A stretch of 64,000 nt of DNA. Origin: Pocillopora damicornis (Eukaryota). Location: the NCBI RefSeq assembly GCF_003704095.1, contig NW_020844283.1, positions 62,001 to 126,000 of the forward strand, read 5' to 3'. Each line of letters opens with the position of its first letter. The first letter of the stretch is position 1. A program made the position numbers and the translations under genes. A model generated the notes under the pieces. That model was not told the origin of the DNA. It did no database searches and was given only the letters and a program-made list of their open reading frames with translations. Below, piece after piece: positions 14,401 through 25,538 of the stretch.

Positions 14401-17400
14401 AAAGGTCATTACATCGAGTTCAAACAACTTGAGGATTTGGTTTTTTTCTGACATGACAGACGCTTATAGAGGTTTTAATGCCTCCTACATCAGCCAATGG
14501 GAAAAAGGTAAATTTATATGGTTGTAATGTTTACTGAAGTACGTTCAACATTGCAAAATTGGTTGGCTTTCACAAATCCCTATAAAGTTCGATAAAAGTG
14601 CGTCTTTCAACGAAGAAAGTCTTATGAATAAAAGGGGTAAGTTTCTGAAGAAACTGTGGTGCTGAGTCGGTGGGAGAGTATAGCAGGTAATTTAGTGTTA
14701 ACAACTGAGTTGAAAACGTAAATTGGCCACCGTAAAGGGTGAAAAAGCTGACGTTTCGAGCTAATTTATTCCTGTTTTCTCGTCACCATATTCCCACCAA
14801 TAGCGTAGCTCCACTTCTGCATATAAACCCACACACAACCCACAATTCCTCCAATCGCTCTGACGAAGGGCTAACGCTCGAAACGTCAGCTTTTTTACCC
14901 TTTACGGTGGCCAATTTATGTTTTCAACTCAGTTGTCAACACTAAATTACCTGAATGAGGATGTGTTCACTCTGTGAATAATCATTTGCTATGGATGAAC
15001 AAAGAACAAGCCGTTCAGGGATTTTATTCTTACAAAATATTTTGATCCTTGTATGAAAGCTTAATGACATAACTCGATAAATCGTGATATGATCCAACGT
15101 GGTATGAGAAACCTGCACCTTTGTCAAATAAATAAATAAATAAATAAAACAACTTTATGGCTTAGGAACTGCCATATCAAGGTCTTAGATTTAAAATTTG
15201 GAAAGACTCGATCCTATTGTCACACCAATTTGTAACAGGCGCTAAGTGTAATAGCCGCCAAGTTTTTCCCTGATCAGCGTAAACTAAGCTCTGGGAGGAT
15301 ACCTCATGATTGCGATCGCATTCAGAACTTTGAACAGCGGCAGTTTTCTCCTCCGCACTAAACACTTAAAGAAATCTCATAAAATTTTCTTGAGAGGATT
15401 TTATCATTATTGCAGAGGATGCCTGAAAATTATATCATACTTTAAAATGATCGTTTAGCGAGGGTGGAAGAAGATCAGAATGTATTAAAAAGGAATGAGG
15501 ATGGGTAGGGATGCTCTTTCGTGAGCTACGAGGAACGCTGTGGTGAGCAAGGCCATATACTAAGTTCCTATGTGAAACACGGCCAGCATGCTGCTAAGAT
15601 CAAGAATGTCGAAAGCATAGAGTGAGTAAACAAAAACATTCTTCGATGTCACGTGCTCATGAAAAGAAAAAAAATAATCTCTCTACATTTCATTACGGAG
15701 TTCTAAATTCACCATCCTCTTAAGTTATTTCTCGAATGACGTTCTCAACATTGTTGATCCAAGTGGTATGCAGAACCTGTGTCACATATGAACTTAAAAA
15801 TGGCCCAGTCTATCATAGAACTATTTTCAACCAAGTGAGAGAGCATTGGAGCGCAGACTCCCATTTAAAAAAAAAAAAACCGAAAACATATTTCTTGAAG
15901 CTACTTGAATGATAAGCTATACTGATATAATTCTAACTTTTAATTCAAAATACAACACTTAATCTAAAATCTATATCTTTATTAGGCTGTGGTGGTTCCG
16001 TCACAGACTTCCCTGGGCGAATTTCATCGCCTCGATACCCAGATTATCCTTATCCCAACTCCATGCTATGTGATTGGACTATCTCTGCACCACGGAACAA
16101 GTTCATTCGCCTTGAAGTTTATGATTTTAAAGTAGAGTTCAGATGCGGAGGAAAGTGCGCTTGTCCTGATCGTCTACAATTATGGGACGGACCAGAATTC
16201 AATGAGACAGAGCTTGGAAGGTGGAAACTAACTCCCGTGTTCGTAGTAAATACCTTGCTATTGAACTTTCTACAAACTGAAACACAACTCCCCACATCAA
16301 ACATATCAGTAGTTTCGTATTGATTGCCGACTCCACTTTTCAGGAAAACACTCTTTATTATTCCTCGCTAGTGCATATTATTGTGTTGACTGTTTAATTG
16401 TAAAGTTTTTTATTGTGTTATATGATATCATGGTACTTTATATTGTTTAGTTGATAATTCTCCTTATGTTATTGTTTCCATTCTCGAATAACGCAGTGAT
16501 AATTTGTTTCCTTTTTCTCGAGATTTTTCTTTTGTGTTACACTCATGTTAGTTTATTAATTCAGTTTCAAGTATTCAGTGAATCTGTTTATAAAATGGAA
16601 ATATATTATTTCTCATGGTACAGTTTCTGCGTCACCATCCTTAAAGTGATTGTTTCGAAAACCAATCGGATGCGGTTGCGCTTCGCAACAAATGAAGAAG
16701 GACGCTTCGAAGGCTTCCGATTGTCGTACACAACCTCTGTCACACCAAGTGAGTGCCCAAGAAGTGTTTTCGTCAACGGAGTGACTACCTACTTGTATAT
16801 GGCTTAAGATTTTTGAACAAAATCCTCCTATTTAGTTCGCTTCTAATTTACTTTCATGAAGATAACTGCGTAAGCGATCTGCAAAGAGTCTTATTGCTAT
16901 CTTTATCTTCATAGTTTCCCAATCCTTATGATCAGTGTCCTAATCCTAATGGTGCGCATATGGTGTTCCAATCGCTAGAGTGTCTATGATATCCCAATCC
17001 TTACGGTTTCCTTATCGCGTTCCTATCCTTATGACGACTCAATCCTTATGGTGCCCGTTGTTGTTCCAGTCCAAGTGTCTATATGTTTTCCAAATGCTCA
17101 TGATGTTACAATCCGTGAGTTGTTCATACAGCGTTCCGATCCTCGTGATCTCCCAATCTGTTGAGTGTCCCTATGATTTTCCAACTTTATATGACGACCA
17201 AATCCTTAAGGTGCCAATTAATGTCCTAATTTGAAGGATTTCTCAATCCTGATGGTGTCCTTATGATGTCTCAATCCTTATGGTGTCCCCATGGTGTTCC
17301 TTGCCCTCTGATGTCTTCATCCTTCTGGTTTCCATACAGCGTTTCATCGCTCCTGCTGCCCTTGTATTTTTCAGGTTGTGGTGGAGATTTTACCGGAAAG

Positions 17401-20400
17401 AGTGGCTCGATCATATCTCCAAATTACCCGAGGTCTTTTCCTTCGTTTTCTGACTGTGTTTGGCGGGTAAAAGCGCCCATTGGCCGTTACATATCACTAC
17501 GGTTTCAAGAATTTACTGGAATCAACGGCACAAATTCGAAATGTTTAGTTGACTCAATTGAAATAAGGGAAGGACATTCAAATGAAGCTCCGCTCATAGG
17601 TATGTAGAGTGACAGCAGACTTCTATTACAAATCCAGATACTGCCTTTATGATGCCGTTCTCATTTCCCAAATTATGATTTGGTTACTCCCTTGTCGTTG
17701 TGCATATTAATGAGTTAAGAGGGTTAATTTAATTCCATATGACTATCATTGTTTTTTTTCCTCAGGTCGCTACTGTATTCAGAACATTCCGCCAGTCATT
17801 GTATCCAAAGGTCATAAAATGTACATTTATTTCAAGTCAAGAAGTCATGAGTTTAAAGTGACAGCTCAAAAACTCAGAAGGTTCAAAGCATTATTTCTGA
17901 CTCACACAACAGGTAACGTAATAATCAAAGTCGATTATGTACCCCAACAAAGACCTCACTCAAGCTCAGGCTACTAAATAAAACTGCGCTTTTTATTCTT
18001 TCAGAATGTAATGAAACAATCGGCCTCGAGGACGGCAGAGTCAAAAATTCTCAACTGTCTGCGTCCTCCTACTACACTCTTCAGCTTGGTCGAGGTCAGC
18101 TTCACCTTTCTCCTTGGCACGGGAGGGTGGGGAATGCTTACTCATGGTGTAGCCAGGTGAAACATTGATCACTAAGTGGTTGTCGATTCATCATAATATT
18201 CTAACAAGGTTTCTAGAATACAGATAAAATTATTTTTCATATAAACACAATGTTTACTTCCTTAATACAGGCACAAACACCTAACAGGATGATTGACGAA
18301 TATCTTCAAGTTGATCTGTTGAAATTGACCGACATCACTGCCATAGCAACACAGGTAAACTAAGATTTCTTACTTTGTTGATGAAGTTAGAGGAGAGCCT
18401 GCTCTGCCCCTGTCCTACAACATATGGTGTGATTTGGCATGCGTGTGAAGCGAAATTAAATTTCTTTTACCTACAAATTCTACGTACGAGAGTCAATATT
18501 CCTAGGCGGGAAAATATTGGAAATTGCCATAATCTCCTTCCAAATTGATTTTGAACCGCCATGAACTAACACCCAGCTTATAAGCCAGGCCCATTTTATA
18601 AAATCGTCGGTCTGACGACTACACTTCAATCTCAGCGTGACTCTTTTAAACCTTTTGGAAGGAAAACGAAGAAAAAAAAAGTTAGCTGACATCGAAATAT
18701 GTCAAGTTAAAATGTAACAGTTAAAAGCTCAACGCTCAGGCATCAGCTTGTCTCTATTGAAAAGGGTTATCGACTGCTTGGTACCGCATACATGGGATAT
18801 GTGTCAAACTATAGACTGCAATATACATATGACGGAAGCCACTGGATTCCTTATATGAACAACATTAAAAACAGCACCAGACGGGGATACACAGTAAGTT
18901 TAAGATTGCTATGTTGTTCGGTTTTTGTTAGGTTTGATTTCAGTGCTTTTGTTTATTTGTTTGTATCTTTTTTCTTTTCTTTATAGTATCAAAATTGCAT
19001 GCGATACTTTATTTACGTTGCTGTTTTATTTCATTCTACCCGCACTGTCCCTGCTTTCCCTTCATCAGGAGTTCAGAGGGAATTCAAACTTAACAGATAT
19101 CAAGAAGAATCTGTTAAAACCGTCCATTGTAACGCGAAGGATTCGAATATTTCCAACTGGTTACCAGAGTTTTCGTGTTCATCACGTGTGTCTTCGGGCG
19201 GAACTGTACGGCTGTCGTTATAACCTAGGTAAAACCAAAATTCCTTCATTTTATCTCTACTCGTCATTTTCTTTGTTTGATTACAATTACCTTATCACAT
19301 TTGCCAAGAAACCCATTGAATAATCTCACCGTTATTACTAGTTGCTTACAAAGTGCGGGAGCTGAATAACCATTGATTAGTTTCGTGTCTCATTTGCTGT
19401 CTTTCCTTTTCCCGTCTGTCTATTGTTTTTCTCCCCTCTTTTCGTTTCTCATTTATTCATTTATCTGTTGGGCAACCATTACAACTTTTACTCGGGAAGT
19501 GCGGGGTTTGTCACTTGCGCAGTATATAAGAAAAACGGTGTCAATCATCAATAATCACCATGTAGTTCTCAATTTGTATTTTTTTTGATGGCCTCTGAAA
19601 TCAATTACCGTCAGCATGTGGAAGTATTATTACTCCAGCGAAGCAGAGCAAAATATCAGTCCGTGGATCTGATCGACAAACCAAAGAGTGTACTTGGTTA
19701 TCAATTCCCAGTCAGCCAAGCCCACAGAATGAAGTCATAACCTTTCACTTCACTTACTTTGATGTACCATGCAAGCATGGCCACGTGATACTACTCGCCA
19801 GAGATGATACCCAAATACAGAAGTTTTGTGGCGCAGACCCTCCTCAAGTGTCCAGTCTTCCTGCAACTAGCCAAATAATGGTGAAACTAAAGCTTACGAA
19901 AGGAGCGGCTGTATGGGGATTCGACCTAAAGTACAGAACTGAGTACTTAGGTAAAATCGTACTATAGCAACCCGTCAAATCTCAGCTATTGCTTCCATTC
20001 CCGCGACTATGGGCCCGTCTATAAAAGCCCCAATAAAAATTGTCTTTATATCTTAATCAAGATAGGACGGAAAACTTTTTTGCCCCTCCTTCCGACATTA
20101 ATTGTTCTCTCCGTTTATATACTCTGGATTATACACAACGTATAATTGTATTTTTTACTTTCTAGGATGTGGAGAAATAATTAGAGTGATTGAAAGCGGT
20201 ACTGTGACGTCACCAAACTATCCTTTGTCGTATGACAACGATCAGACCTGCACGTGGCTTTTCTCCGCGGAACCTGGGTCAAAGATTACACTGAGATTCC
20301 TAAAATTTGATCTGCAACCAGCCAATGGATCAGAGTGCCTTGATTTTGTTCAGATTCAAGAGGGTCGACTAAGTAAATATTGTTTGTGATGTTGCCTTAA

Positions 20401-21605
20401 GACAAGATGAGAGGTTTTGCTGGTACTCAAAGAGTAATTTGTACATTTATTGCTGTTATTAGCTTAGTAAAAGCTATACAGAGAGATATTTCTGTGATTA
20501 ATAATTTTTCCATGAAAGAGGAATTTAATTAGGAAAAACAGCAAGAAGCATATACATGCCTTTATCACGCTCCCTGACGGAGATACAAAGATGAATCAAT
20601 AAAAATCGTTACAAAAGAAACTGAAATAGAAATTACGATAGAAATCCTGCCTACTCAACTCAAGAATTAAGATGGCAAAATACTATTTGTAAAAAAATAA
20701 AAGACTCTTTGTAGAAAGGGACGCTTGATATAAGGAATCTCTGGAAGTCTCACATTCACTACTTAGAAATTGTGAGTCTTAAAATTGATAGTTTCATGAT
20801 GCCATGTAACAGAGTTATTTCGTATGTTCTGATTTTACTCCTGTTTCAGATCCTACGACGGTTTTGAAGAAATTCTGCGGAAACTCTGTCCCCATTCAAG
20901 TGGTATCCACCAGCAATCACTTACGCTTCACTTTCCACAGTGACAATACAACTAACGGGAAAGGCTTCTTTCTAGAATATGGTCTTTATTTACCCACTGG
21001 AAACGGCTCTTTATCCTCCCAAGACCAATCAGGTGGGTCACTGGTTCCTTTCATTGCAGTAATTTTCTATTCTTCACCTAAAGTGCTCTAGTTCATAATC
21101 TGAAAAGCTTCAGTGTGGGTAAATACAAAACTCGCCCGACCAAAAACGAGAACGTTATTACGTTTTCCTTCCATCCATCCAAAACGAGAATGCTATTACG
21201 TTTTCCTTCCATCCAGTATAGGGGAAGAAAAAATTGAGCGAATGAAATTTTGAGGTTAGATATGTGAACTAAATGTTGGAGTGGTTGTTTTGAGGATCAG
21301 GTGAAAAGGGGGAAAAGGGTGATTTGAACAGAGGCAAACGTTCCTGCATCTTCTTCCCGTTCTCGTAACAAATTTTAACTCTCTTTTTAATTAAAAAAAA
21401 AAATTGAAGTTAATGATTTTTCCTGTTTCCTATTTAAGATGGATGGGCTAACAAGGTTCCCTCTTTCTTTAAAGGACAAATAGATATCGCACTGGCTGAA
21501 ACACCAACCGAAGGAAGTCAACACAGCTGCGTGGGACACACGAGCGGCGTACAAGCTTTTCTAATCTCTTTAAGCTTTCTTTATTTATCAATTGAAATAC
21601 TGTAA
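11427..21605 (+). CDS. Cell-surface CUB / F5/8 type C (discoidin) domain protein, cubilin/neuropilin-like, about 870 aa, 16 exons
   Basis: Exons 11427-11461, 11546-11619, 13600-13818, 14373-14507, 15986-16220, 16624-16748, 17375-17599, 17766-17912, 18005-18156, 18271-18354, 18765-18893, 19069-19228, 19615-19950, 20166-20372, 20850-21032, 21439-21605. All introns are GT-AG with consistent phases, total 2613 nt. Motifs: CUB (GCGG..SPNYP..C.W..FCG..F.SD..GF), F5/8C (IGLEDGRVKNSQLSASS, YLQVDL..ITAIATQG, CLRAELYGC), N-terminal hydrophobic leader, C-terminal hydrophobic tail. Exons 1-2 are less certain than the domain exons. Confidence 0.9.
14650..14953. mobile_element. Penelope-type terminal-repeat remnant arranged as a 78-bp inverted repeat (14684-14761 / 14876-14953) in CUB-gene intron 4
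   Basis: CAGGTAATTTAGTGTT..GCTGACGTTTCGAGC is the near-perfect reverse complement of GCTCGAAACGTCAGC..ACACTAAATTACCTG. Related sequence occurs at about 23205-23430 and 55750-55775. Confidence 0.75.
14857..14890 (+). ncRNA. Minimal type I hammerhead ribozyme motif (Penelope-associated)
   Basis: GCT-CTGACGA-A-GGGC-TAAC-GCTC-GAAA-CGTC-AGC: CUGANGA and GAAA cores, helix II, palindromic ACGU helix III, GUC cleavage triplet and helix I GCU/AGC. Confidence 0.65.
15126..15148 (+). repeat. (AAAT)5 microsatellite
   Basis: aaataaataaataaataaataaa is visible directly. Confidence 0.85.
15535..15865. mobile_element. Degenerate SINE-like interspersed repeat present as an inverted pair of fragments
   Basis: About 15551-15612 is an imperfect reverse complement of about 15744-15805, followed by a tRNA-like AGAGCATTGGAGCGCAGA. 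It resembles a repeat I recall as abundant in coral genomes. Confidence 0.5.
16915..17345. repeat. Degenerate minisatellite (about 44-45-bp unit built from CAATCCTTATGRTG sub-repeats) in CUB-gene intron 6
   Basis: Recurrent TCC.ATCCTTATGA..T.CCAATCCTTATGGTGTCC.TATG pattern, roughly 9-10 units. Confidence 0.8.
21140..21215. repeat. Two tandem copies of an approximately 38-bp unit
   Basis: AAAACGAGAAYGYTATTACGTTTTCCTTCCATCCA occurs twice. Confidence 0.85.
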
Positions 21606-23204
21606 ATTACGACTGATGTAAGTCGACATGTATGTACTAAACAAAATTAGCCTAGACTATAAAGATGACAAGTCACGAAACAAGCTGAAAGGAGTGGCGA
21701 AAAGTTTAATGCAAAAAGTTTTCGTAACGTTTCAATCATAAAGGTATTAAATTTATTAAAAAAAAAAAAAAAGGTTTAAGCCAAGGCTGTTGGTGAGGTG
21801 AAATCGAAATAATGATAATCATCTCTGTTCGAAATAACGCAACTCTCTTCGTATAAGATTACTGTTGCTTCTTTTCCGATTAAAAGTCTTGTTACAATAT
21901 GTGTCTTATAAGGAGGCTTATAACTTCAAACTAAATTTTCCGATATCGTTTTGGAATCTGTGCGGATTTACCCTATCATTAGTCTTTCCATTTTGGCGTT
22001 TGTCTTCTCTGGAACTGATGAAATACCATTCGATTGGTACAAATCAAACTCAGTAAGTACGAGTTACAAACGAGTGACGAATCGGAAAATGTTTTGAGTC
22101 AACATAAAAACTGGACACATGAATTTCCATGACGCCATTTTCATACTAACAGTTACAGTAATCACCGCATTTACACTTAACTTCAGCCCGGTGGGCCCCT
22201 ATAGTTGGGCTAGCATAACTTTTGGCATAATTTGGAAAAACGAGAATAATTCTTCTCTTTTTATAAAAGTAGCACTGTTTTGTTTTGTTTTGTTTTTTCC
22301 TTTTTTGGAAGGGAACATCACCAGAGTCACGACATGACTTGATTAATTTCAAGTTCGGTCCATGATCCAATCTCTCCTGATTTTGACACATAGTCACCGC
22401 CTCTAGTCTGGAATTAAACGCAGTAGTTAATCCTGTGTTGTATATTAGAGCAAGTATATAACTCAAAGTGAAGAAAGTATCATGCTTTATTAACAATAAA
22501 TTCATGTGTTTTGTGCTTCTTTGAAAAGCATACCTAAAGAAAAATAGCATAATTTTCAAAAATGAGCAAAACTTCTAGCTCACTCTGGAAATAAATCAAG
22601 CAATGCTAGTCAGCATAATATGCTGCTTTTACGAGCACAACCTATAAGGGCCTGGCTTGGGTCGTTACATATACAAGTTTTTGCGCAATTCGGTTGAAAG
22701 AAAAGGGACAATTGGGCAAGAGGAGTGGTCTCGTGGTCGAGAAGAACAGCATCTTAGATCCAGATCCTTCCCGTTTTAGGATCAATTTCGCGTTTGCCTT
22801 CCTTCCACCCTTGTAAGAGAAAAAAAAAGAAACAAAGTAGTCAAGGCGGACTGAGTGAGGGTTAAAATTTTTTCTCATCCATCTGTCCTTTACCTCCTCT
22901 CATCTTACCTTCCTATTCTAGATTTCAATATCTGCTACTGCCACGGCAAAGTTCATGGGTACTAATATGACAGACATAAAGTTACATGAAGTTGGAGACA
23001 TTTGATGAATAGTTTACTAACCTAACGCTACCACTGTTTTACGTCCCTGAACTGGATTTTTTCGCTGAGCGATCCTCTCGAGAAAAAAAAGGTGATTTTT
23101 ATCTCTCAGAACTCAATTTACATTGAACAAAATTGACGACTTAATTTGGTTTATGAGGCAATTCCTAAACAAATTGTGGGGTTGACTAAAGGAGATAAGT
23201 TTAG

Positions 23205-23430
23205 GTTTTGGTGTTATTAACCGAGTTGATAATGTAAATTGACCACTGTAAAAAGTCTTTAAAGGTGCTGTGGTACTGCGTCGGTGGGAGAGTATAACAG
23301 GGTAATTTAATATTATCAACTGAATTGGTAACGTAAATTGGTCACCTCTCTGAGAGGGGCAAACGCTCCAAACGTTGGCTTTCAATTTACCTTTCTGATC
23401 AACTCTGTTGATAAAACCAAATTACCTTGT
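23205..23430. mobile_element. Decayed copy of the same Penelope-type terminal-repeat family as 14650-14953
   Basis: Shares CTGTGGT.CTG.GTCGGTGGGAGAGTATA..AGG.TAATTTA..AACGTAAATTGG.CACC with 14654-14730. It carries a degenerate hammerhead (CTCTGAGAGGGGCAAACGCTCCAAACGTT). Confidence 0.65.
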
Positions 23431-25538
23431 TTTCATCACAAGGGTTGATTACCGAGTCCCGTGACGGTCCATAATGACCGACAGCCAAGTATTTTCCCGT
23501 TCATCCCGACCAAACTCACTCAAAGCGCAGTTTGAATTATGACCACTAAATGTTGGAAATTTTAAAGATTTTGTTTTAACCCAAATAGGATCTAGTAGTA
23601 TGCAAAATAAGGGTGCGCACTGGACATCCACTACAGGAAACACTTTTCCTCTATTGCTACGAGTCAGACCATGAAACTCAAATTCACCGAGAAGCACGAC
23701 TCATTTCCTCATTTGTTTTACTTTCAGCTGCAGTATTCAATTTAAATTCACGCTCTCGGAAAATGCGAAAAAGCCATGTGAGTACTGGACCGGCTTACGG
23801 CAACCCATCCGGCCCTACACAGGTCAGCTTTCACTCTGGTTTCCTTTGACATTGTGCGCACGAGGCTATACCGGTCATTAGATAAAAGTTTGATTTGATC
23901 GGTTTTCGTTAATTGAGAGGCTTTTGACTTTTTAGAGGATAAGAGATGACGGAACTTTTTTGTAATGTGCAGTTCTTCCCACTTTCTTCCCCGTCTTAAA
24001 AAAATCACTCGTCACAACGTTTGAAGGAATTTATTAAATGAAAGACGAAACTCTAAACCATCCTCAGCAGGACTTCGAAATCGTAGAAAATGGAAAAACA
24101 GTTAGGTGAAAGTAACTTCGTCTTCGAGTGAGATTACTTCCGAAGACGTGGTTGGTAACCTCGATCTCAATTGAGATCTTCACTGACAACATAACACACT
24201 CTTCCTACTTCAGTCCCAACGATACGTTCGGTGCAAGATTTACCTATATTATCTGAATTAGTAACCACGAAAACTACGACTACACCACAGTGCTTGTCTC
24301 TCTTGTCTATTTTGCTCAACTTGGGCCATACAACAAATTAAATCTTTCACAACTGGCCGAAAAAAAATATATATTTATATACCACCGCCCGGCCTTTGTG
24401 TGTCACAGGTCTTTCTTTTCCAAGACAAGTAATTCGGAATTCGTTCGATGAGCACCAGTTTCATTAATAACATTCTAACACTTTCATGATATGCTGAAAA
24501 CCACTTCAGTGAACCAAAATTTGCCAAAGCCAACTCAGAATTTGGTTGGTCTCGAGAACAAATGGGGCAGATTTAGACACTATTTTGCCGCAATCAACTT
24601 TTACAGCTCACTCTCTTTGCGTCGTGCGCAAGTCGTGTGAAGTTAAAAGTCGCTCTTAAATTTTAAATGTGGCTTGTACCTTCGAAACAAACATTTAAAA
24701 GATAAATAAACCAAAATTACTACGAATATCGTCATCAGTCAGTAAGCACCCGCTTCAAAATAAAATCAAATAACCAGAAGAAAACGAGTTCTGTGAGTTT
24801 TACACTCTATCCTGCTTTAAATGTTGTTTCGTTCCATTTTTTTTCTATGTGAAGTAAAAATAATTGGTAATACCTGGTTAAAGCTAGGTAAAACCTTTCT
24901 CCAATACCTTTGCCACTAACAAAAATAGACCAAACTTAGTAAACAAGTTTCTTGTAACATATAAATTACAATTCATTTTTATATTCCTGGTAAGCGCCAA
25001 CGACCTTACGAAGGGTAGCCTTGATTACTCTTAGTTCGCTTACCAGTGTACAGGCTATCAACTGTTTCAAGCTCTCCCTAAATAAATGGAATATTTGCTT
25101 TCTTTGAAGACACTTAACAGCTGAAGCATACAAAACCAAGACAACATTTTTTCGATACAAAATTAAAGTAGCTTCTGTTACTTGTAATGAATTGAAGAGG
25201 TACATTTAAATTTAAGACGAACAAGAAAATAGCCAATTATCATATGCATAGCCAAGGAATGGTGAATTTCTGCCATCTCGGTGCCTCCCAAAGTAGGGTG
25301 GACTCGTCTTTTACTCAGTTATTTATATCTTCTGCAAGACTCTGCTAACGATGGAAAAGCATGATCTCAGTGCCTTTACGGTTTGTTTAGAGACTGAACT
25401 GAAATTCAACATTAGCCAATGGGTATGTATACTAAAAAGCAATATCATTATTCTAATTGCATATGCTAGGCCAAAGTTTGATTGTCGTCAACTTGTACCA
25501 CTTTACACTTATGACTCATTAGATCTCTGTTTGCTACA

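Noticed and set aside
16915-17345. Repeat array superficially resembling a CRISPR array
   Set aside because: The units are degenerate tandem copies without unique spacers; it lies in a eukaryotic intron and there are no cas genes.
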